Assembly (NCBI RefSeq): GCF_009914755.1
Contig: NC_060935.1
Direction: 5' to 3' (one strand)
DNA length: 64,000 nt
DNA from: the human T2T-CHM13v2.0 reference genome, Homo sapiens
In this document: one piece after another, positions 1 to 12,575 of the stretch
Position numbering within the stretch: the first letter of the stretch is position 1
Layout of the letters: each line of letters opens with the position of its first letter
The notes under the pieces: model-generated
The model's database searches: none
What the model saw: the letters and a program-made list of their open reading frames with translations, nothing else
Told to the model about the DNA's origin: nothing
Translations under genes and position numbers: made by a program

Positions 1-499
1 AGCAGTTCTCAGAATTTGTGCAAGGAAAAAGTAGAAATGTAGAGACTTTAAAGTTGAAATTATTTTCATAGATGTTTAGAAAAAGGACAATTAGCTTTCA
101 ATATAAAAAGCAGTAAGGTGTACTGAAAAGCAGTAAGATATCCTCAATGTTTAACTCTCAGCAGTGTTACAAATGTTTTCAAGTTTAGAGATGGACAAAG
201 AATGCTTGCATACTCCAATAATGTCCACCTCCAATGAAAGCAAAGCAAACAGCAATTCCATTTGCAGTTATGCAGGACCTCAAGAAAGGGGCTTATATTA
301 AACACCTTCAGACACAGATACTAATTCTAAGACCTGATAAATGCAGCATTTCTTCAACATTCTCTTCAGCAGTTATCCTCAGAGCTTAAGTCAATTCTTA
401 GAGCTACTACCTGTGGCTGAATTGGAGGTGTCCCAATCTCCAGACTCTCTTAAAATGGAAAATAGTACTCTGCATGCACCTTCATCTAAGGGAATGCTA

Positions 500-726
500 T
501 TTTCTCAACCCTCTTCTTCTTTTCCTTTGGCCCATCCTCCCTTTTTGTTGTTTGTAAAATCTATGCAAGGATACCAATCAGTGTTTCTAATCATTTGTAT
601 TGTTTTTAAATCCTCTTCTATTCCTTCATGAACCATCTTGAGTCACATTTCACATTTGATTACCTTGGTCTTTTCCTTTTGTACTTCAGATTTTTTCCAT
701 TTATCTGGTAATTCTCTTTTGCCTAC
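500..726 (-). mobile_element. HAL1 (half-L1) continuation, split from the 1867-2472 part by the MLT1F LTR
   Basis: ttttccatttatctggtaattct resembles the HAL1 segment seen in the second copy at ~36290 (ttcttcaagtatctggtgatcct); left boundary approximate. Confidence 0.45.
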
Positions 727-793
727 TGTGGCAGCCAACCTCCAAGTAAGATGGTCTCCAGTGATCTCACCTTCTGACATTCATGTTCTCTCT

Positions 794-1089
794 TAAAAAA
801 AAAATAGAGGCAGGATCTCACTCTGTCACCCAGGCTGGAGTTCAGTGGTATGGTCATGGTTCACTGCATCCTTGACCCCCTGGGCTCAAGCAATCCTTCA
901 ACCTCAGCTTCCTGAGTAGCTAGGACTACAGGTGTGTGCTACCATGCCCAGCTAATTTTTAAATTTTTTTGTAGAGAGGGAGTCTTGCTGTGTTGCCCAG
1001 GCTGATCTTAAACTCCTGGCTTCAAGCAATCCTCATGCTTCAGCCTCTGAAAGTGCTGGGATTACAGTTGTGAGCCACTGTGCCCAGCC
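794..1089 (-). mobile_element. AluJ
   Basis: Reverse Alu dimer with J-type ctgggctcaagcaatcct motifs; degraded TSD attcatgtt. Confidence 0.9.
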
Positions 1090-1474
1090 AGCTATTCATG
1101 TTATTTTATAGTTACCTTCCTCATTGTATTTGATTTGCTCTGTCTGACCAGCAGAATATGGCTGAAATGATGGTATGCAATTTTACAGGTTAGGTAATAA
1201 AAGGCAGTGTTGTTTCCTGCTTCCTATTTTGGATCATTCACTCTAGAGAAAGCTGACTTCCATAACATGACAAGCGGCCCACATAGCAAGAAACAGACCT
1301 CTTGCTAACAGCCATGTGAATGAGCTTAGAAGCTGATCCTTCAGCCCCAATTAAGCTTTCAGATAACTGCAGCCTCAACCAACATCTGGACTGTAACCTC
1401 AGGAGAGACCTTGAGCCAAAATGGCCCAGCTAAGCAGCTTCTGAATTCCTGACCCTCAGAAAGTATGTGAGATA

Positions 1475-1779
<305 letters not shown>

Positions 1780-1866
1780 AGAAAGTATATGAGATAATAA
1801 ATGTTTGTTATTTTCAGTCATTAAGTTTTGAAGTAATTTGTTACATAGCAATAGATAAGTTAAACA

Positions 1867-2472
1867 TCTATCCTTTTTAAGAACAGAGGATAGGAGAGCT
1901 GACTAGGAGATCTGTGTTTTAGGGTGGGCTTGGTAACTGGAAGTCTTTCCTTAAAATGAATTTTTAGAAAAGGAGAAAGCTTTGTGAAAGTAGGGGCTAA
2001 CTTTGGTATGATAACAGCTTCATTAGACACCCTCGTTTTCCCTTAAGAGTTCATTTAATTTATTCATTATTCTTTTTCCTACTGATGATTCTTTCTGTTA
2101 TGGCGAGGGTTGAAAGACTGTTCTATACACAGATCTTCAACTAATCTTTTAGTTTGCAACCAACTTCTGCCCTCATCTAGGGTTTTGTCAGGCATATAGT
2201 TCCCTTTTCCCTTTGGTGCCTTGCAGCTATATTCAGACTATGATTCCCTCCAATTTATTGAATTTGTCAGCATTCTTCTATCTGCTTTTCATTTACAGAA
2301 ATATGTTGAAATATTTGCTGGAACTGCATCTTCACACTTTCTTTTACCTTCTGTTGTTCTCTTTGCTATTTTGATTATATAAGTTAAAAAACTTATTTTA
2401 CTATTCTTTTAGTAGGATTCAGGGATTAGGGAAGGCGAAGTATGCTCAATCTGCCATCTAGAACCAGAACTC
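1867..2472 (-). mobile_element. HAL1 5' portion
   Basis: Ends tgctcaatctgccatctagaaccagaactc, the reverse complement of the HAL1-like 5' end (GACTTCCGGTT..AAGATGGCGGATTGAGCA). Confidence 0.6.
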
Positions 2473-3319
2473 TTCTATGTGGCATATTTTATTCTATTCA
2501 TTCAGTACACAGCACTTCACTTTTAAGGATCTACAGCAGGGTATGGCTGTTTTGTGGTCTTTATCAAGAGATCTCGTGGGCCATTGCCCTCCCTTTATTC
2601 ACTCTTCATATTGTCTTGCCAGTGGGGTCACTATCCTCTCTCTAGGCTATTTTTCCATTCATTCAAAAATTTCCTTCATTCCCCAAGACTATCAAAGGTA
2701 TCTTATGGAACCTTAGGCCTCTGGAAGAGTGATCCTCTCATGTCTAGGGTCATATAGTGGAACTCAGTTGGGAATGATCCATTGATACAGACCTCTAGTC
2801 AAGTCCTGGCCCTCTTTCATGTAGCTATACAAAATGGAGCAGGAGGGAACAATCCCTGCTACCAAGGCTAGCATAGCAAGTCAGTATGATGAGAGATGAA
2901 GACTCCATTCACCTTTCCCCTGCCAGAAGTATCCTCAATCTCCATGGTCTACAATATACTCCTTCTCATCAATCCCTGTATCACAAGAAACCCTTGACCA
3001 CAGAAAAAGAAAATGTAGTTCTTAGAATAAAAGAACATCTCTTCCTCCCTAAACTAGAGAAAGGCAGCTCTACAAAAGATACTCTTGGTAACTGTCCAAG
3101 TTCCTAAACTATCTGTGCATATCTGTTTCACATCAAGGTTTATAAAATAATGTTTGCAATTTTGGCATTTTAAGTTTCTGAGGGAGTGGTGCTGTCCATG
3201 TCTGGATGAATGATTTCTCCTTTTTGCCTGTAAAATATTGGTGAACAAAAAAGACAATTTAAAATTTTGAATCTGGATCCTTTATTGCCACCATATTGAC
3301 CCCTGAAAAGATGCATTTC

Positions 3320-4751
3320 TTTTGTGTCTTTCTTTTTTTTAAGTATAAGAAAATGATATTTATTTATTTATGTTTTCCTTTTTTTATTTCTTCTTCTAAA
3401 AAAAAAGAGGGGATACATGTGCAGAAGATGCAGGTTTGTTACACAGGTATACGTGTGCCGTAGTTGTTTGCTGTACCTATTGACCCAACCTCTAAGTTCC
3501 CTCCCCTCACCCCTCAACCCCCAACAGGCCCTGGTGTGTGCTGTTCCCCTCTCTATGTTCATGTGTTCTCAATGTTTAACTCTCACTTAAGAGTGAGAAC
3601 ATGCAGTGTTTGCTTTTCTGTTCCTGTGTTAGTTTGCTGCAGATGATGCTTCCAGCTTTGTCCACGTCCCAGCAAAGGACATGATCTCATTCTTTTTAGG
3701 GCTGCATAGTATTCCATGGTGTATATGTACCACATTTTCTTTATCCAGTCTATCATTGATGGGCATTTGTGTTGGTTCCATGTCTTTGCTATTGTACGTA
3801 GTGCTGCATGTGTGCATGTGTCTTTATATGTGTCTGTATAGTACGTATAGTACGTGCATGTGTCTTTATAGTAGAATGATTTATATTCGTTTGGACATAT
3901 ACCCAATAATGGGATTGCTGGGTCAAATGGTATTTCTGGTTCTAGATCCTCGAGGAATCGCCATACTGTCTTCCACAATGGTTGAACTAACTTACATTCC
4001 CACCAACAGTGTAAAAGTGTTCCTATTTCTCCACAGCCTCACCAGCAAACAGACATATAGACCAGTGGAGCAGAACAGAGACCTCAGAAGTAACACCACA
4101 CATCTACAACCATCTGATCTTCAGCAAACCTGACAAAAACAAGCAATGGAGAAAGGATCTCCTATTCAGCGAATAGTGCTGGGAAAACTGGCTAGTCATA
4201 TGCGGAATACTGAAACTGGACCCCTTCTTTACACCTTACACAAAAATTAACTCAAGATGGATTAAAGACTTAAATGGAAAACCCCACACCATAAAAACCC
4301 TAAAAGAAAACCTAGGCAATACCATTCAGGACATAGGAATGGGCAAAGAGTTCGTGACTAAAACACCAAAAGCCATGGCAACAAAAGCCAAAACTGACAA
4401 ATGGGATCTAATTAAACAAAAGAGTTTCTGCACAGCAAAAGAAACTATCATCAGAGTGAACAGGCAACCTACAGAATGGGAGAATAATTTTGCAATCTAC
4501 CAATCTGACAATGGTCTAATGTCCAGAATTTACAAGGAACTTAAACATATTTGCAAGAAAATAAAAACCTTTCAAAAGCAGGCACAGGATATGAACAGAC
4601 ACTTCTCTCAAAAGAAGACATTTACATGGCCAAAAAACATGAAAAAAAAAAAAAGCTCAACATCACTGATCACCAGAGAAATGCAAATCAAAACCACAAT
4701 AAGATACCATCTCATGCCAGTCAGAATGGCAATTATTAAAAAGTCAGGAAA
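3320..4751 (-). mobile_element. L1PA8A-like, 5'-truncated with 5' inversion (3' part on minus ~3380-4047, inverted ORF2 part on plus 4047-4751)
   Basis: 3'UTR gggaacttagagg..gggtcaatagg and terminal ttttagaagaagaaataaa; ORFs 3583-3978(-) and 4339-4782(+) are both L1 ORF2; candidate TSD 3305-3319/4748-4762. Confidence 0.9.
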
Positions 4752-5398
4752 AGGTGTATTTCATGTGAATAGGCAGTGGTAAAGAAACCCAAGATAATTG
4801 CGTGGTATCTTAGGAATACAGTGTAAATGATATTTAGAATTATCTGGGCAAGTTTTTGGCATTTGGAAGATCTGATCACAGAAACAGGGTCCCAGATTGA
4901 GGATTCACTTAGGAAATAAACTCCATGACACTGGGAATGAGTTTTTCAAGAATGTGGCAGGACCACAGTTACAGAAAAGAACTGACAGATGAGGCAGGCC
5001 ATAAGTCAGTAAGTAAGGGGCTCAAAGAACTTCAATTTCATCAGAGACCTTGGGGAAATGCCAGAATTGGACAATGTGAAAAGTGTATGCTATGCTTTTC
5101 TTCTTGCTTGAACTAAGTTTTAAAGAACTTACCCACATCAAATAAAGAGAAACCTAGACTTAGTATGGTTTATCTCTGGTGGAAGAATTTCCAGGAGTGG
5201 AAAGGCTGCTTAAGATAGTGGTGAATTTGTGCTCTGAATTTTATTCACTCCTTGAAGGACTCTCTCAGCTCAGTTTCAACTGAGCCCATCCTTCTAGGCC
5301 TGGTAATCACCACATCTTTGGCCTTTGCAAGTCCAAGACAGACTGAAGCTGCCAAAGATAGAATATGAGGGAATAGCATAGAAAAAAAATCAGAAATA

Positions 5399-5708
<310 letters not shown>

Positions 5709-7354
5709 AAAAATCAGAAATTGATGGAATGTCAAAATACTTTATTTAACAAAATCCAGTGGTCTAATCCCTTCATCGTAGTTTTGTAGCATTTTACCAT
5801 CCCTTTGTAGATTTGTATTGGCCCTAGTTCATTGAAATCTCATCTGTGTCCCTTGCTTTTTAGTTTCTGGTCAGTCTCTATGTACCAGTTTTAATTTTGA
5901 CCACCCCATTTCCACCCTCTCACTGATGAACTTCATTAAAAAATTTCATCACTTCTCAGGTCAAAAGAGAATTTTTTACATATCTGTTACATATATATCT
6001 TTTGAATATCTATTTGTCTACTTTTTCAGTTCCAGTTTTCAATCTGAAAAATGGGCTTATTCTTTGTGTGACTGACACCAGGAATAATTTTATATACCTG
6101 TGGGTTTTATTGTAGGCTGAGATGTTTAGCCATCTCATTCAAATGCAGACACATTATCCTTACGACCAGGGTTGCACATATACCCTGTGGTAACGGGTGA
6201 GTTATTCCCTCATATAAGGACCAGTTACATATATATTAAAAGCAGCTCAGTCTTTCTGTTTCTTAGGAAGTAAAGGAGTATAAGAAGGGTTACTCTACTC
6301 TTTTACTTATGGAGAGGACACAGAGTTACCAGTGAAAATGGGGGAAATACTGTAAATAGTGAACTCTTAAAAAAAGAAACTGTGAACAACTAGAGATGAT
6401 TCCTACAGAGGAGGAGACAGATTCAGGGGAGATAGCTCAAAATAAGTAATGTGTCCTTGTCAGGAAAAAAAAAATGCTGGCATTTGGTAAACTGTAGGTG
6501 TTATTATTTTCAGGGAACCTAGGAATAACTGAATTGTGTATCACACCAAAGCTGTACATCCCCATTAAGTTCCGAAGAGAAATCTTCCTACAAGGAGTAA
6601 TGGAAAATGGGAAGCCAAATAGACTGGGCCCTTAGCTTTAAGGCTGAGAATGCATCTAAGTTGTACTGGAGGACACAGTTAAGGGGCTTCTATTTCATGT
6701 TCCTTCTTAGAAGCCCCAAGGCACAATCTCAGAATTGTGCATCTACTGGGAGTGGCCCAAAGGCAATTTGCCATTTTGTGAAAAAGTGGAAAAGAAAGGA
6801 GAGAGAACCAACATACGGGCAATTTTTAAATCTACAATCACCCTTTTTCATTATTAAATGTGGCCCAATTAGTGATCTGGATCCAACTAATCAAAATGAT
6901 GTTCCTTTTTGGTAGGAAGAATTCAGAAAAGGCAGGCATGGTATAGGAGAAGCATTGATAATTTTGTAATTATCTCTGAGTTTCTGTTCCCAGTCCAGCA
7001 AGAGGCACATATAAAAAGGATGTTCTGGTGAATGCTCATTTTAAAAAATAATCTTACTCTAAACCATTCTAGCTCTCTTCATAATATTTTACTTGAATGT
7101 TCACCAATTCCTCCTTCCTATCTATATAACTGCTTTTTGTTTTTGCCTTTTGTATGATTGCTGATTTTTTCTACTTGATCTATTAAATCTTAATAAAGTT
7201 AGATTAAAATAGCCTTTTATGATGGTAGACTTGTTAATTTCCCCGGTAATTACAATAAATTTTGCTTTCTATGTTTTAAAGCTATGTCATTAATGCCTAC
7301 AATTTTAAAATGTTCATATTTTTCCAGTGAATTGAAACTTTTGTTAATTAACAG

Positions 7355-7730
7355 CACCTATTCACAATGAAAATGAAAGCTCTATAGGCACATGCGTCAA
7401 CATAGATAAATCTCAAAGACATAATGCTGAGAAAAACATGCAAATTACAGGAGAATACGAACATTATGACACAAAAATTCAAAACATTAAAAAAAATAGG
7501 AACGCATTATTTAGGGACACGCTATATAGATGGGAAAAATCTTTAACAAAATCCAGGATAGTGGCAACTTATAGGTGAAGTGTGAAGGTTGTGATTATGG
7601 AAGAGTACTCAGGGGACTTTAAAGGTTCTGGTGATGCTCTGTACCTTATGTAGGTTGGTAAGTATACAGGTGTATGTTTTATTTGTATTATATATTCTTT
7701 TGTAATGATATATTTTATAATAAAAATCAG
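7355..7730 (+). mobile_element. old L1ME 3' end
   Basis: aacatagataaatctcaaagacataatgctgag motif ending in ataataaaaa. Confidence 0.6.
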
Positions 7731-8129
7731 TAAATAATTGTATGAAAAAGGTGGTTAAACACAATTTTAAGACTCTGACCTGCCCGAATACCTAAAGCCT
7801 GGGGTCATTACCACCTCACCGGAGATTCTTAAACACATGCTTATAAGGTCGGGCTAATCTATAAAGCCACACTCTCAGCAAGGGTTTCTAGACCTGGACC
7901 AAGTGTAACAGGATAGATTGTTTTCACTCCCACATTTATGACGATGTTACAGTCACCCAATCTCCTGTTCTGAGAAAACCTTCACTAAATTTTCAAACCC
8001 AAAAACATTCCCAATTCTCACTTAATTTCCTTCCTATAATTAGCCTTCTGCATTAGTTCCTATTGAGATAACCTATAAAATAACAACAGAAATTAAATTG
8101 GAATGCTTACATATTCTAATTGCGAGGAT

Positions 8130-8328
8130 TTACATATTTTTAGTGTACATATATTGATTTAAACCACTTTATAACAGTCCTGTGAAGTGAGTACTTTTAG
8201 TTTTTTTCACTTTGCATATGAAAGAAATCAGGATAAAAAGAGATTAAATAGTTTTCCCAATATTTTTTGGCTCTGAAGTGAGTCTGAAACCAGACATCCT
8301 GGCTCCAAAGTCTGCACTCTTAACCACC
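8130..8328 (-). mobile_element. MIR
   Basis: ctggctccaaagtctgcactcttaaccac and degraded core. Confidence 0.7.
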
Positions 8329-8807
8329 AAAGTCAGGCCTTGTTCTTGCCAATTCTCTTTCCAAAAACTGTTGTCTTGTCCCTGAACTTCAGTCCAGCCA
8401 ATTAAGCAAAAATATTTTGGGTGCCAGCAGCCTGTCTCTGGTCCTTCAGAGTTTTTCCCACAATGGATTCCCCATCACTGCACTCGACCTCCTGTTGTTT
8501 CAGCAGCAACTTCAGTACCATCTTTCTGCCCAACACTCAGTAGTTCTCCAACACTGAGATTGTGGACGTGGCTTGACAACCACTGTTAGCCAAGAGGGTC
8601 ACTCAGTGTCTGTTTGCCCTGTCCAAGTGGGTGAACCCATTGCCAGGTTGTGGTGTCATTTCCTACCTGTATTTTTCTTACTGTGAATAAATGACTAGCT
8701 TTGCCTATGAGTTACAAGCCATAAGTAAGTGCAAAATAATAAATAAATAAATAAATAAGATTAAAAATCCAACAAGAAGAAAAATACTGCTTGAATATGA
8801 AGAAGAA

Positions 8808-8889
8808 AAGTGCCTGCAAGGAAACCCAGAGACTGAGCATGGACCCTCTCCTCAGAGAGTGTGGACAGAGCTGGCAGAAGAGAGTAATA
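8808..8889 (+). repeat. 82-bp unique segment, copy 1 (putative donor)
   Basis: 75/82 identical to 9917-9998 by direct comparison. Confidence 0.95.
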
Positions 8890-9318
8890 GAGAGGAATAT
8901 GGGTGTTTGTAGCCCCCTGAGCAAGATGAAAGAAGTGGATGATTCCTGGCAAAATACCTGCTACATAATAGGTGATCAAGACAAAATATTTGCTTGTGGA
9001 ATAAATGATTGAATAATGTGCATACCTGATTCAAATTATGAACCTGGCAGGGACAGGATATTTATTGTATGAAGGAGAATAAGAATTAACTGGATATCTG
9101 TAGGAACCTCTGGCTGAAAGCAGTCTAGAAGGACCTGGATTCTTCTTGAAATTTTATTTTCCAAAAGTAGAACAAACACTGGGAGATATAGCTACAAAGG
9201 GCCTGTGGTGATTAATCCCGTGATGATTAATTTTATGTGCCAACTTCACTGGGCCACAGGATGCCAAGATATTTAGTCAAATATTATTCTGAGTTTGTGC
9301 ATTTCTGGATGAAATTAA

Positions 9319-9620
9319 CATTTGAATTGGTAAACAATTCAAATTGTGTATTGGAGTATACATTTGGATTGGTATCTAATGTATCTAATGTTTAACAATC
9401 CAAATGTATACATTGAATATATACAATGTCTACAAATATATACACTGGCATATACATTGGTACATACATTTTAATTGATAAACAATTCAAGTTGGTAAAC
9501 AATTCAAATTGTGTATTGGAGTATATATTTGAATTGGTTAAAATTGGATACCAATTCAAATGTATACATTGGAGTAGATATTTGAATTGATAAACAATTC
9601 AAATTGTCTATTGAAGTACA
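9319..9620. repeat. complex direct/inverted repeat array (~42-nt unit x3 with palindromic modules)
   Basis: catttgaattggtaaacaattcaaattgtgtattggagtata recurs; perfect 16-bp inverted repeat 9356-9371/9396-9411. Confidence 0.9.
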
Positions 9621-9916
9621 GCAGATTGTCTTTCCTAATGTGGATGGGCCTCATCCAATCAATTGAAGATCTGAATAGAACAAAATGGCTAAGAAGGTAC
9701 TCCTCCTGCTTGACTGCTTGAGCTGAGACATCAGGCTTTTCCTGCCTGCAGACTGTACCTAAAACACTCATTCTTCTTGGCTTTCAAGGCTGCAAGCTTT
9801 CAAACTGGATCTTGCACCACTGGCTCTCCTGGGTCTCAGCAACTGCAGATCTTGGAACTTCCCAGCCTCCATAAACATATAAGCCAATTCCTTTTAATAA
9901 GTCTTTCTCCATGTGT

Positions 9917-9998
9917 AAGTGCCTGCAAGGAAATACGGAGACTGAGCATGGACCCTCTCCTCAGAGAGTGTGGACAAAGCCAGCAGGAGAGAGTAATA
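9917..9998 (+). repeat. 82-bp segment, copy 2, inserted within the MLT2 LTR
   Basis: 75/82 identical to 8808-8889; no TSD or poly-A. Confidence 0.95.
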
Positions 9999-10001
9999 AG
10001 A

Positions 10002-10042
10002 ATATATATATAATATATACATATATTATACATATATATATG

Positions 10043-10079
<37 letters not shown>
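10002..10079. repeat. (TA)n-(CA)n compound microsatellite
   Basis: direct reading. Confidence 0.95.
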
Positions 10080-10083
<4 letters not shown>

Positions 10084-10090
10084 ACCAATT

Positions 10091-10485
10091 CAGTCATGTG
10101 CTGCATAACAAAGTCTTGCTCAATGACAGACTGCATATATGGTGGTGGTGTCATAAGATTATAATGGAGCTGAAAAATTCCTACTGCCTAGTGATGTTGT
10201 AGCTCTCATAGTATCATAGCATAACACATTACCTTTTCTGTATTTACATATGTTTAGATACACAACTACTACCATTGAGTTACAGTTGCCTACAGTATTC
10301 AGTACGGTAAAATACTGTACAGGTTTGCACCCTAGGAGGAATATGCCACAGCATTCAATCTAGGTATACAGTAGGCTGTACCATCTAGGTTTGTGTAAGT
10401 ACACTCTGATGTTTGGACAACAATGAAATTAGCTAACAACACATTTCTCAGAACATATCCTTGCAATTAAGCAATAATATGACCA
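10091..10485 (+). mobile_element. Tigger3/MER7 DNA transposon nested in the MLT2 LTR
   Basis: cagtcatgtgctgcataac start, cataagattataatggagctgaaaaattcc, degenerate right TIR ..tatgacca|ta. Confidence 0.85.
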
Positions 10486-11775
10486 TAACAGGATATATAT
10501 ATCCTGTTGGTTCTGTTTCTCTGGAGAATCTTGACTAATACAGGGTCGAATTCTTATAAATAAGGAGAAATTTTTTGCTGCTGTAAAAATTGCACAAAAG
10601 TGAAAGGGTCATATTAAATTTGGAAATAGAGATATGAAATATTTAACGTAGATATTCTAAAGATAAGAAAAATGATGATCATAGTTCTGTACCATGAGAC
10701 TTTAAATTGAAAGTTGGCTTTGAAAGTATTGGAAAATTCTGACTTAAAAATACAAAATATACTAAGTAAAGAGAAAAAATAGAAGAGGCACATGAAGATG
10801 CTAAGAAGACTGTAGAGGGAGCTGTCTGATCAGCTTAGATACTAAAGGACAATCTAAGATGAAAGAAAAGAACACACAATCAAAGACTGCCTTACATGCA
10901 CTATTCTCTGAGAAGTAACTTATTAAACATTTGTGTGAATAAAGCTGAAATAAAAGACAATTATGTTTAAGAATTGTGTCTAGAAAATTTGTGTTCAAAT
11001 ATGCTAGAATTGCAAAAAATGCTGTGTGGGAAAGAAAGGGTAGGGTGCTTTGTTTTTAGCCACTGGCAAAACTAAGAAAGAGCAGAACAGACCCTGCTTG
11101 AGGATCATGCTCTAATAAATATTTTTGCAGATGGAGATAAAGTAGATGTCTCAGTCCTGGTTTGGTTCTGTCTTCTCTTTCAAGGTATAATATTGGGCTG
11201 GGAAGGACTCTGGACTTTTGAAAGAAGGAAAAGAGTGCAGAGGGAGAGTGGAACATCAGAGAGTTTCAGCTCATACCAGACCTAGAGTTTACAGTCCACC
11301 TTCTAAGAGTTTGCAAAGGGGATTCTTAATATATTCACAGTTTGGTCATTGAAATAATCATTTATTAAGCATTCTGTCCTATTCCTGTCACCAGGCCAGA
11401 CACTGGGAATACAGATGAAGACAATACAATATAATTTCCTTGGGAGTTTGAAGAATTCCAGAGTATAGGACCACAGCTGGAGATGAGGAAATGTTCTGAT
11501 TTCTCCTGGGGGAATGAAGTGTGTTCCCTGAATTAGTGGCTTCCTGGTTTTTAGACAATAAGGCTTCAAACCAGGTTGACACATCCCATGTCAAACATTT
11601 GGTGGGCAATAAAAGTGAGATTCAGTCTTCTGAGTCTATAACTCATCTTACTTTGATTCTGCTCTAGCCCCTAGTCCTTCTTCTTTGCTATGTCCTCCTA
11701 GCTTCTAGTCCTTAGCTTGGTCTCTTGGTTATAACTCTGTCCTCACTCTCTGACTAAAATACTGAATTGACTTTA

Positions 11776-12575
11776 ATTCATTCATTTAATCAACAAATAT
11801 TGACTGAATGTCTGTCATATGCCAGCCTTTATTCTAGATGCTGGGGATACACCAGTGAGTAAAACAATGTCTCTGTTTTAATGGGACTTACCTCTGGTAC
11901 TGGTCAAAATATAAACTCTCTCTCTCCTTCTCCTTATTATATATATATATATATTATATATATTATATATATATTATGTATATATATTTTATATATATAT
12001 GCTGTATACTGTGTATTTATGGTATGTGTTATGAAGAAAAATAAAATCAGTGTAAGAAAGACAAGGAGACTGGGGGTTATAACACCTGAACAGAGATTGA
12101 AAGGAATTGAGAGTGAGAGCCATGCTTGTATCTGGTGAGAAGAACATTTCAATAAAGGGAAATACCAGTGTAAAGGCTGGAACAGAGTGAGTGGGGGAGA
12201 CTGGTAAGAGGTTATAGTTGTAGTGAGAGCAAGGGGAGCATAGGATGTAGAGCCTGCTAAGCCATGGTAAAGATTTTGACTATAATCTGAGACTGTGAGC
12301 TCCTGAAGGGCTTTGAGCAGGGAAGTGCCATCATCTTATATGTTTTAATAGTGTATCTTGGATTGTCATATATAGAATAGGATTGGGGTAGGGGTAGATA
12401 AAATTAGAAGAAGAGAGAAGAGTTAGGAGTCTATCGGAGTTATCTGAGAAAGAGTTGATGGTAGCTTGGAACAAGTTGTAATAGTACACGCAGGAAGAAG
12501 CGATGCAACTGTGAATATATTTTGAAGGTATAGCGGAAAGGATTTGCTGCTTGATTAGATGTGGGCTATGTAGAA
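11776..12575 (-). mobile_element. L2 3' end containing a (TA)n tract at 11937-12000
   Basis: attcattcatttaatcaacaaatattgactgaatg terminus. Confidence 0.8.

Larger units (their letters stand above)
9204..10542 (+). mobile_element. MLT2D-like ERVL solo LTR with several internal insertions
   Basis: tgatgattaattttatgtgccaac start and ggttctgtttctctggagaatcttgactaataca end; TSD gggcc/gggtc. Confidence 0.88.

Noticed and set aside
341-726. Purine-rich minus-strand frame with few stops (pseudogene or endogenous viral element) and the 96-aa plus ORF
   Set aside because: No recognisable protein motif; largely explained as HAL1 continuation
9319-9620. CRISPR-like array of palindromic repeats
   Set aside because: Primate DNA, no cas genes, irregular period, and the 'spacers' are copies of the repeat itself
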